A stretch of DNA of 64,000 bases from Myxococcota bacterium. GTDB lineage: Bacteria; Myxococcota_A; SURF-8; G963663525. Below, piece after piece: positions 39,826-49,429 of this stretch. The position numbers and the translations under genes were made by a program. Where the stretch lies: the NCBI GenBank assembly GCA_963676915.2, contig CAXXVK010000043.1, positions 236,568-300,567 on the forward strand. Direction: 5' to 3'. Every line of letters begins with the position of its first letter. Positions within the stretch are counted from its first letter, which is position 1. Under the pieces are notes generated by a model. The model did not search any database. It was not told the origin of the DNA and saw nothing but the letters and a program-made list of their open reading frames with translations.

Positions 39826-40984
39826 ATGGCCATGAATCGCTTTTCGATAATCCTTTCCATGTGCCTCTTATCCCTGATTTTTTTGGGATGCAGCGACGAT
39901 GGCGGCAACAATGATGGTAACAACAATAACAATCAGCCGGATGCTTCTGACGATGTGCAGGTGCTCCCGACGGGTACCGAGACCTCGGAACACAGCTACC
40001 AGTTTCCGATGCCGATCGAGGATGACGGCAAACCTGATTCTGGGGTATCTGGATCGTGAAACAACCACAGGGATCTATACCTATAACACAGCCCAGAAAG
40101 AGCACACCACGCTGATTCGTGGACAATACGAGCTTTCCGTTGGAACCTATGCGGCGACCAACCAGTATTTCGTCTGGCAGTCTGGTGCCACCGAGTTGAC
40201 CCGGCATTGGGTGACCGGAACCGTTGTACCGTTGACGACCCACGGCAGCCCGGTGTCCGGGATGTGCATCCTTTTGGAATCCCAGTTCGACAACATTTAC
40301 GAGGATAGCCTCGTATATGCCACCGAAGATCGCCAATTCGCCAGGGTTTCACTGACAACCTTTGCCGAAATCGACAATTCCTGGCCTTTGATCGATCCTG
40401 GAAGCGAAGAGCGGGAGCGCATCGAACCGGCGGCGATGGCTTGCGATACCCGCGAAGGGCGGGCCGTGATCGTTACCGAGGATGGTCGTTTGTTCGGCTT
40501 GGATCTCGACACGTCCGATGGTCCCGAGTTGGAATTGCTGGTCGATTCCGGAATGCGCAATATCGAGCAACTTCAGTATGTCCATCCCTGGGTGGTCTGG
40601 ACGAATCTCGATGGCGACATCATCGCCGACAACCTCGACCAGACGGCGGGTCAGCGCCGAATCGCCAAGGTCGATCCGCCCGATACGGGAACGGTTTCCA
40701 AAGTGACCGATATGCGGCTTTTCCCCGCTTACGAGGGCGACACCCTGCACGGACCATTTGTTACGTGGTCGAGCGATCTGAACGTCAAATACGATGTATT
40801 CTGGCTGGATCTGATGGCTTTCGAAACCGATACCAAATACAACACGCTGCTTGAGTTGCCCGGTGATGAGCACGACCCGGCCATTTACGGCGATGCCGCC
40901 ACGCAGACCTACACCATCTACTGGAGCGGCAAGGAAACCGACAGCGACCTTTACAAGATCATGTCCCGTACATTGATCGAATGA
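39826..40984 (+). CDS. Lipoprotein, beta-rich; paralog of the next gene; frameshift near 40030
   Basis: Lipobox FLGC with a D/N linker. The body continues in frame 39899-40984. Confidence 0.65.
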
Positions 40985-40988
40985 TGCA

Positions 40989-42227
40989 ATGAAAACAGGT
41001 ATTTCTATGACCGGACCCCAACGGCTAGTCTGTCTTGGACTGTTCCTCTTGTTGGCAGGATGCGGAGGTTCTTCCTCTGATGGCGGTAGTGCAGGCGACG
41101 CTTGCCAGTCCGTCGATGACTGCGGCGGCGACCTCGTTTGCTATCAAAGTGTTTGCACCGATCCTGCCGACGTACCCCAGGACAACGACGACCTGAGCCG
41201 TTCATTGCTGATTTCCGAAGAAAACATCGATGCATCTGCGGATCTGCTGTTTCCTTTCGAAGCGACCAAAAGTGGTGAAACGGTTGTCTATTTCCTCGAA
41301 AACGTTTCGGGAAGTTCTACGCTAAAAGCTTATTTTCCAGACGACGGCAGTGTGGAAGAACTCAGTACTTCCGGGTTCGAATCCGCTGTGGGACAGGTTG
41401 TGGCCGGTGACAAGGAAATCGCCTGGAAGACCGACACCAAAAGCCTCTCCCGCTATGCCTGGCTGGATCGTACGTTGGAATCCTACGAGTCCGAACGTCA
41501 GACGGTGCCGGGAATCTGCATTCGCAAAAAGCCGGGAACCGCAGGACAGACCCGCGAAGTGATGGTGTTGACCGACAACAGCAAAATTCACTTGTTGGAT
41601 ACGAACGGTTTCGATCAGGTCGAGTCGGTCGATCTGGATGACCCGGAAAGCGATGACAAGCGCGACCTCGGACCGCTGGCTTTTGCCTGCGACGTCGAAG
41701 AAGAAATCGCCGTGATTTTCGGCAAAGATGGCCGGGTGTATTCCATGGATCTGTCGACCGATGATTTCGCGCCGCAAGTGCTTGATTCCGAACTGAATAT
41801 CGTGGATGGTGGCCTGGCCGAAATCGACCAGCTTCAAGTCGTGTATCCCTGGGCAGTCTGGATGGATCGCCGGGGAGATATCTGGGGAATCGATCTGGAA
41901 AACGGAACCGAAGCGATAAAGCTGGCTGTTCCCGATCCCCAAACGGTTGGGATCGTCCGCGTGGAAGATATGCGGCTTTCTAAAGAGGTGGCCGGTCAGG
42001 GGCCGTTCGTGACCTGGACCAGCAATCTGGGGGGTAGCATTGACGTTTACGTTCAGGATCTCGCAACACGCACGAGCGAAACCGATTATCGGAAAATCCA
42101 CCTGGTCGGTGTAGAGAAATGGCCTGCGGTGATATCCTCGACTTCGGGACCGGAGTTGATCTGGTGCGGCAGGGAAGACGATACGGACGTGTACCGTATC
42201 TATCGGGCATTGTTGGGGAATCCGTGA
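40989..42227 (+). CDS. Lipoprotein, beta-rich (propeller-like)
   Basis: Lipobox LAGC, short Cys module, motifs shared with the upstream gene. Confidence 0.7.
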   Translation: MKTGISMTGPQRLVCLGLFLLLAGCGGSSSDGGSAGDACQSVDDCGGDLVCYQSVCTDPADVPQDNDDLSRSLLISEENIDASADLLFPFEATKSGETVVYFLENVSGSSTLKAYFPDDGSVEELSTSGFESAVGQVVAGDKEIAWKTDTKSLSRYAWLDRTLESYESERQTVPGICIRKKPGTAGQTREVMVLTDNSKIHLLDTNGFDQVESVDLDDPESDDKRDLGPLAFACDVEEEIAVIFGKDGRVYSMDLSTDDFAPQVLDSELNIVDGGLAEIDQLQVVYPWAVWMDRRGDIWGIDLENGTEAIKLAVPDPQTVGIVRVEDMRLSKEVAGQGPFVTWTSNLGGSIDVYVQDLATRTSETDYRKIHLVGVEKWPAVISSTSGPELIWCGREDDTDVYRIYRALLGNP

Positions 42228-42258
42228 TTTTTACCGCTTGACGGGAGGGGACGAATTC

Positions 42259-43194
42259 ATGCCGGGAATCGGCGTCATCAACAATCCGCGTTCTCGTCAG
42301 AACGTCAATCATCCGGATCGAATTCGGAAACTGGGGTACTATCTGGGGCAGGATGGCGCCAGCAAATCCACGTTTTCGTTTAGCGATATCGAGTCCTGTG
42401 CGAGAGATTTCAAAAAACGGGGTATCGATATTTTGGCGCTCAACGGTGGAGACGGCACCAACCACGTAACGTTGACCAAATTCATCGAAGTATACGGTGA
42501 CGATCCTCTGCCGAAAATCGCCCTGTTGCGAGGTGGGACGCTCAATACCATCGCCGACGGGTTCCGAATCAAAGGCAAACCCCAGTATTTGATGTTCAAT
42601 CTCGTCGAGAAATATCACAACGGTCTGCCGTTCGAGATCGTCAAACGCCGACCGATGCGCATTGGGGATAAATACGGGTTCATTTTCGGCAATGGGTTGG
42701 TCGCCAACTTTATGGATACCTATTACGAAACCGGAACCCCTTCGACGTGGCAAGGCATTAAAACACTGGTTCGCGGTATTGGCAGCACGTTGGTGAAAGG
42801 AAAACTTGCTCGGCAATGGATGCGCCCGGTTCGTGCGAAGGTGACCGTAGACGGAGAAGAAATCGAGTTGAATGAATTTTCCTCGATTCTTTCCGGTACC
42901 ACGATGGGTATCGGCGTAGGATTCGATATCTACTATCGTTGTGCGGAAGATCACGACCGGATGCACGCCATGTTTTTCACATGTTCACCTTTTGGGATTG
43001 TGCGGGAACTTCCTGCATTTTACAAAGGGCGTCAGGGATTGCATCCGAGGGTGGGATTCGAAACCACCTGTAAGGAATACATCATCGACGCGCAAGAGCC
43101 GTTCAGCTATACTATAGATGGAGACATGTACCGCTGTGAAAGCGGTAAACTGGAGGTTGGTTTGGGGCCGCTACTGGATATCATCATCCGATGA
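42259..43194 (+). CDS. Diacylglycerol kinase family protein
   Basis: INNP.S, NGGDGT, GGTLNTIA, YTIDGD. Confidence 0.88.
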   Translation: MPGIGVINNPRSRQNVNHPDRIRKLGYYLGQDGASKSTFSFSDIESCARDFKKRGIDILALNGGDGTNHVTLTKFIEVYGDDPLPKIALLRGGTLNTIADGFRIKGKPQYLMFNLVEKYHNGLPFEIVKRRPMRIGDKYGFIFGNGLVANFMDTYYETGTPSTWQGIKTLVRGIGSTLVKGKLARQWMRPVRAKVTVDGEEIELNEFSSILSGTTMGIGVGFDIYYRCAEDHDRMHAMFFTCSPFGIVRELPAFYKGRQGLHPRVGFETTCKEYIIDAQEPFSYTIDGDMYRCESGKLEVGLGPLLDIIIR

Positions 43195-43988
43195 GTACTT
43201 CGGAGCTTTGGCGCATCGAAGCCGAAGGACTGACGCACGTCGGTATGAAGCGGGAGCAGAACGAGGACGATCTCGCTCTGGTTCCGGAAGTCGACTTGTA
43301 TCTCGTCGCCGACGGGATGGGCGGGCACAACTCGGGTGAAATCGCCAGCCAGCTTGCCACCAAAACGATCGCCAATTTCGTAAAAGCCACTCTCAAAGAC
43401 GATGAGATCACCTGGCCGTTTTCTTTGGAAAAGAAGCATACGCTTGCAGAAAACCGTCTTATCATTGCCGCAAAACTCGCCAACGAACGAATCTGGCACC
43501 AAAGTCGCCGAAACAATTTGTACCTGGGAATGGGAACGACGCTCGTCGGTCTTCAACTGATCGACAACAAGATTCATGTGCTCAACGTCGGAGATAGTCG
43601 CTGCTATCGTTTTCGCAAGGGAAGTTTGGAGCAGCTTACCGTCGATCACAGTTTGCTCAATAGTATGATCCAGTTGCACCGCATTCGTCCCGAGGATGCT
43701 GCGAGCTTCCCCCATAAAAACGTCATCATGCGTGCGCTGGGTATTCAGGCGAGTGTCAAGCCGGATGTGTTTTGCTACGAACCCCAGGAAGAAGATGTCT
43801 TCCTGTTGTGCTCGGACGGCTTGAGCGATCTGGTAAAAGATTTTGAAATTCAAGGAGTTTTGGATAATTCGCCCAGTTTGGTACAAGCGTTGAAAAATCT
43901 CATTCGTTTTGCGAATCAAAGAGGCGGCAAGGACAATATTACCGTCGTGGCGCTCAAACTGCATCGCAAAGACGAGGGCGATTCGTAA
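43191..43988 (+). CDS. PP2C-family Ser/Thr protein phosphatase
   Basis: REQNED, VADGMGGH, GMGTT, VGDSRCY, LCSDGL, GGKDNIT. Confidence 0.93.
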   Translation: MSTSELWRIEAEGLTHVGMKREQNEDDLALVPEVDLYLVADGMGGHNSGEIASQLATKTIANFVKATLKDDEITWPFSLEKKHTLAENRLIIAAKLANERIWHQSRRNNLYLGMGTTLVGLQLIDNKIHVLNVGDSRCYRFRKGSLEQLTVDHSLLNSMIQLHRIRPEDAASFPHKNVIMRALGIQASVKPDVFCYEPQEEDVFLLCSDGLSDLVKDFEIQGVLDNSPSLVQALKNLIRFANQRGGKDNITVVALKLHRKDEGDS

Positions 43989-44175
43989 GAAACTCCTTAG
44001 AACCAGAGGGAAAATAAACATACGGAGAATTTGTAGAATCCCAACCTGAAATTTCTGAAAACCGGGTGGAATAGAAATCGGATTTGCGAAAAAGAAGGAA
44101 AATGCAGCTTCTTTTTGCAAACTGTCGTTCGTTTGATATAAAATCACCCATCACCGGAAGGAAAGGGCGGTACAC

Positions 44176-44907
44176 ATGCGAACGGGTATCATTTCCGATC
44201 TACATAGTAATTTACAGGCAACCGAAAAAGTTTTGGAATACATGCAGACGTTGAGTATCGACCGCTGCATTTGCCTGGGCGATCTCGTAGGCTATGGTGG
44301 AAACCCGGAAGAGGTCATGAATCTCGTGACCCCGGTAACTCAATTCACCGTAATGGGTAATCACGACGCGGCAGTTGCCGGACAGATGGATTACAACTAT
44401 TACTACGAAGCCGCCAAACAGGCGCTGGACTGGACACGAGCGGCTTTAAGTGAGAAAAATCTCAATACTCTCAACAAGTTGCCCTACTTCCGCAATGAAG
44501 ATAACGTCTGTTACGTACACGGCGAGCCGATCAACCCGGAAGTGTTCAACTACGTTTACACGCTGGAGCAGGCCGAGAAACTGGTGCTCGATTATGACAG
44601 CATCAAGAACGTAACTTTCGTCGGACACTCGCATTTGCGGCGCATTTATGAAATCCGACCGTCCAACGCGGTGGAATACTCCGTCGAAAACATCAAGCTC
44701 GATCCCAACAAAAAATACGTCATCGCCGTGGGAAGTGTCGGACAACCCCGCGATTTCGACACCCGCTCCAGTATGGTGGTTTGGGACGACGAAACCCGGA
44801 TGATCGAATGGCACCGTGTGGAATACGACATCGACGCCGCCGTTGAGGCGATTTTGAAAGCGGGACTTCCCGAGTATTTCGCGGCGCGGTTGTACTCCGG
44901 TTCCTAG
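44176..44907 (+). CDS. Metallophosphoesterase
   Basis: SDLHSN, LGDLVGYG, GNHD, VHG, GHSH, GSVGQPRD. Confidence 0.92.
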   Translation: MRTGIISDLHSNLQATEKVLEYMQTLSIDRCICLGDLVGYGGNPEEVMNLVTPVTQFTVMGNHDAAVAGQMDYNYYYEAAKQALDWTRAALSEKNLNTLNKLPYFRNEDNVCYVHGEPINPEVFNYVYTLEQAEKLVLDYDSIKNVTFVGHSHLRRIYEIRPSNAVEYSVENIKLDPNKKYVIAVGSVGQPRDFDTRSSMVVWDDETRMIEWHRVEYDIDAAVEAILKAGLPEYFAARLYSGS

Positions 44908-44911
44908 GAAC

Positions 44912-45619
44912 TTGTTCGACGTGAAATGGAGCTACGTTCCCAATCTTCCCTATAACCGAGCATGGGCCTGGCAGCGCAATCTCCAGCGTCGTTTGTCCGA
45001 ACATCGCGATATTGCCGGATATCTTCTGCTGACCACTCATCCGCCAACCTTAACTTGTGGGCGGCGGATTTCCCCCGAACAACTGCCGTTTTCCGTCGAA
45101 GAATACGCTCGCCGGGGTATGGCGGTCGTGCAGTCGGATCGTGGGGGACTCGCGACCTACCACGGTCCCGGTCAACTGGTGGGATACCCGGTGGTTCGGC
45201 TTTCCAGTGTGGGAGCGCAAGGGGCGAGAGCGTTGGTCGAAATGTTGGAAAACGTGTTGGAAAAAACCTGTGAGTGCTGCGGAGTGGTAACGCACCGTGA
45301 CCCGGAACATCCCGGAGCCTGGGTGGAAAATCGCAAAATCGGTGCGTTGGGACTGCGTATCCGGCAGGGGATTTCGATGCACGGGTTTTCGCTCAACGTG
45401 AACAACGATCTCGATGTGTACGATTGGTTCACGCCTTGCGGTATTGCCGATCGGGGTGTTACAACGCTTCGTCAATGCGGTAGTTCCTGTGGGATGGAAG
45501 AAGTCCTGAACCACACGATTGCAAGTCTTGCCGAGGTTTTCGGCGTAAGGCTGGAGAACGATTCCTTACCCGGATGTCCTTCGATGAACGAAAAGGATTG
45601 GATCGAACATGAGAATTGA
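44912..45619 (+). CDS. lipB: Lipoyl(octanoyl) transferase
   Basis: DRGGLATYHGPGQLVGYP, KIGALG, HGFSLN, PCG. Confidence 0.93.
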   Translation: MFDVKWSYVPNLPYNRAWAWQRNLQRRLSEHRDIAGYLLLTTHPPTLTCGRRISPEQLPFSVEEYARRGMAVVQSDRGGLATYHGPGQLVGYPVVRLSSVGAQGARALVEMLENVLEKTCECCGVVTHRDPEHPGAWVENRKIGALGLRIRQGISMHGFSLNVNNDLDVYDWFTPCGIADRGVTTLRQCGSSCGMEEVLNHTIASLAEVFGVRLENDSLPGCPSMNEKDWIEHEN

Positions 45620-46250
45620 ACGAAATACACGCTTCCTGCTCTTGATAATGGGCTTGTTCCTCCTGCTAGGGAATGCGTGTTCGGAAGGACGTTCGTTGAA
45701 CGAGGAAGGGCTGTTTTCTCAGAAGGATCGGGAGGAACTGGATTCTCCGATGCTTCAAGACGAGGACGCTCCACCCGTTGAGCGTTACATGCCGCTGAAC
45801 CTTGGAAATTCCTGGATTTACGACATGAAAAAGCCCGACTCCAAGGGTGTCATGAAAGTGATGATCGAGAAAAAGCAGAGTGGTTTTTTCGTCGATAATC
45901 TGGGCGGGATGCTTCGCCTCGACGCCCGAGGCTTGCGTGATCCGAGACGCTATCTGATACAAGCTCCCATTGTTCGAGGGGCGACCTGGCAGGTGCAGAC
46001 ATCGATCACGCGCCGCGAACAGTTCGAAATCGTCGATCTGCACCATGCGATCGAAGTTCCCGCCGGAAGGTTTACCGATTGTCTGCTGGTACGGTGCAAG
46101 AGTAGGATCGGCCCGGAGATCTACGAAATCATGGATTTCGTGTACGCTCCCGGTGTGGGAATGGTGCAAATGAAAACCAGCATCGCCAAAGGAGAAAACC
46201 CACCCGAAACGCTGGCCGAAATGCTGCTCAAGGCGTATCAGATCCCGTAA
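45609..46250 (+). CDS. Putative lipoprotein
   Basis: Lipobox GNAC, YMPL..GNSW.Y, VPAGRF.DC, YAPGVG.V. Confidence 0.7.
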   Translation: MRIERNTRFLLLIMGLFLLLGNACSEGRSLNEEGLFSQKDREELDSPMLQDEDAPPVERYMPLNLGNSWIYDMKKPDSKGVMKVMIEKKQSGFFVDNLGGMLRLDARGLRDPRRYLIQAPIVRGATWQVQTSITRREQFEIVDLHHAIEVPAGRFTDCLLVRCKSRIGPEIYEIMDFVYAPGVGMVQMKTSIAKGENPPETLAEMLLKAYQIP

Positions 46251-46409
46251 CGGAAAAACGCTTTTATCTGACAAACCGCGAAACATTGCGCCAAATCCGA
46301 TTCCTTCGCTCCAAAAACCTCCATTCCCGTTGTTGAACGCCGCGCCTGATGGTACAGTCGAGGTCGTGGCGCATCGAAGGGGTGCGGCGTTCGAAACGGC
46401 AGGTGGATT

Positions 46410-49400
46410 ATGCGGTTGTTTTTGCTTTTTTGTGGTGTGATTTCGATGTTGTGGCTGATTCCGGCGGCGGGAGCCTCCGAATCACCTGCGATGTGGGAGT
46501 CTTGCGACGTGACGCTGGATGGCGCTGTGTTGCGCACCTGGCTACCGAAGGGCATCGAGTTGTCCGAGTTCGTACAGACGAAAGCGGGCGTCCGGGCGCG
46601 TTTGAACGGCGCTGTGGAACTTCTGCGGAACGATTTCGTGGCGGACCGGGTGGTGGGTAACCTCGCGCTTCTCAATGGTGGTGTGGGCCGGGTCGATGTA
46701 GAGATTCGTTGGGATAATCGTTGGATTCCCTTGCAGGATTGGCAGGTTGTGCAGGTCGTACCGGAAAGAAACAAGCAGGCGAGAGATACCGCCGCCGAGG
46801 ATTTCCGCATTGCTGACGAACTGGGTGTTTACCCCTACGAAGGGCCGTTGTCCGGTCTGACGATTGCCTTGTCTCCGGGGCATGGCTGGACCTGGGACAA
46901 CGGCGCGTGGCAAACCCAACGTTCATTGATCAATTACGTGGTGGAGGATCACTCCAACGCTAGGCTGGTTAATTGGCACGTGATACCGCAATTGATTCGC
47001 GCCGGAGCACGGGTGTTTTCGGTGCGCGAGGCCGATTCGATGACGGAAGAGGTGTTGATTGACAACGATATACCGGCGGAGGGCTATGCTTCCGAAACCG
47101 GGTGGTCCGAAGGATCGGGATTGGGTTGGGATGGTGGAACCTACGATGTCTGTCCTACGACGCAGAACGTTTTGGAACAGGCTTGGGCGACCTATACACC
47201 TCATTTTGCCAAGAGCGGCATTCGTGCGGTGTATATCTTTTTCCGGGCGGGTGAAAACCGCGTCACCGATGCTCTCGTAGAAATCCGGCATGCGGGTATT
47301 ACGACACGGCTGGAAGTCAACCAGGAGCGCAACGACAACCGCTGGTTGTACCTGGGGTATTTTTATTTCGATGCCGAAGACGACGAGCAGTACCTGAGAA
47401 TCTCCAACTATTCCGAGCAGGAAGGTTATGTTATCGCCGATGCCGTGCGTTTCGGTGGTGGGATGGGAACGCAAACCGGCTACGATCCTCCGGGAACGAA
47501 TGTTTCGGGGTATCCACGATGGCAGGAAGCCTCTCGTTATTATTGCAGTTACAATCAGGGACCGGACTGGGCTTGCCGTACGGACACCGACGACCGTACC
47601 GGAGACATTACTACCCGCCCGCTGTATTCCCGCTGGCGAGGTGCGGATCTTTACATCAGTTGGCATTCCAACGCCTTCGATGGGTCCGCCACGGGAACCC
47701 GAACGATATCTTATTTGTACGACAGCTCGAACGCGCTGGCCGATCTCAACCAGGATCTTCGCGACGGAGCCAACGACGCGATGGTGGAAGCGATCCGGGG
47801 TGTGTTCGATTCGTCGTGGTTTGGCGCAACCATGGAAATGAATCTGGGAGAAGTTCGGGAACTGGCCGACGAAATCCCAGGTTTTCTGATCGAAACCGCC
47901 TTTCACGACAATCCCGATGACGCGCTCTACATCGTCAACCCGGCTTTTCGTTCTCTGGTGGCGCGGGCGGTAATCAAATCGCTGATCGATCACTATTCCC
48001 CGGATTCCGGGCTGTATCCTCTTCCCGTACGGCGCGTTCGTTTGCGGCAGGTGGGCGATTTACGTGTCAGGCTCGAATGGGACGACACCTCCGACCCGGT
48101 GTGGCCGGCGATCAGTCAACCCGAGGCCTACCGGATCTACACGGCGCGAAATCGGGGGCTGGCTTTCGATCACGGAGCCGTTCTCGTCGATGAAAATGCC
48201 TACGAAACCGAACTGAATCCTGGAGAAACGACCTGCTTCAACGTAGCGGCCCTCAACAGCGGCGGCGAAAGCCTTCCTTCCGAAGTGCTGTGCGCTCGCC
48301 TGTTCGAGGATTTTTCGGCCAACGGTTTGTTGATCAACGGTTTCGACCGCTATGACCGAAGCGTGCAGGCTTCGGACAACACCCGCAACTATCTTGCACG
48401 ACACGCCGAGGCTATCGCCGCTTCGGGGCGTTTTTCCTTCGTTTCGAGTTCGAACGAGGCGGTTCGGGATGGTCTGATCGACCTTGCCGATTACGAATTC
48501 GTGGATTGGGCGTTGGGCGAGGAAAGCACGGCGAATCATACCTTCGACGATCTGGAGCGTAGCAAACTCGGAGTGTTTCTGAATGGTGGCGGAAAACTGT
48601 TTGTCAGCGGTGCGGAGCAGGGCTGGGATCTCGTCGAGAAGGGTAACGATGACACCACAGCCTGGTACGAGTCGAGGTTGTCCACGCAGTACGAATCGGA
48701 TGATGCCGGAACGTATTATTTCCAAGGAGCCTCTTCGGGTCCGTATCGCGATGTTGGTATCGCGTCGTTCGATGGCGCGAGGACGGCGAGACCTACGATG
48801 TGGACTGGCCGGATGTCGTTTCCGCAAAAGATGGAGCGCAAACCTGTCTCGTGTACTCCGCGTCTTCCGGTGGGGCGGGCGTCTGTCGTGCGGAGGCACC
48901 GGCGGTCGTGCACTGGGGATTTCCTTTCGAAACGGTGACGGGACGGCTTCGCCGCGCCGCATTGATGCAGCGAACTTTGCATTATCTGGCGGTTTCCGAA
49001 GCCTCTGCGGCACAGCCGGAAAGCGAATTGGAAGGCGACAGCGACGAGGAAGCGGAAGAAATGGAAGTGGAGTGGATCGAAACCGAATGGGCGGAAGAAA
49101 TACCCGAACCGGATGGTGACGACGACCTCGACGAGGACAAATACATTCCACCTGCCGATGCCGATCCCGACGATGGGGAAGGAGATTTGATTCCCTGGCC
49201 CGAAAGCGAAAATCCTGCCGAAACGGACAGTTCGGATGTTGTTGAAGAAAAGCCGGACGAGCGGACCTGTCCCGAAGGATTTTACCTCGAAGGCTCGAAC
49301 TGCGTCCGGGAGGAAACACCTGGAACTAAAGGCGGTTGCCGGAGTTTGTCAACATCGAGTGCCTGCTGGCCTCTGGTGTTTCTATTGCTTTCCTTTGTGA

Positions 49401-49429
49401 TCGTGAGGCGGGTTAGAAACAAGGCATGA
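46410..49429 (+). CDS. N-acetylmuramoyl-L-alanine amidase (Amidase_3) with inserted beta-sandwich, FN3 domain and MYXO-CTERM-like tail; frameshift near 48780
   Basis: LSPGHG, VVED, SWHSNA and LIETAFHDN Zn/catalytic motifs. FN3 ALNSGGESLPSE. Acidic linker then GGC-hydrophobic helix-RRVR in frame 48800-49429. Confidence 0.78.
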
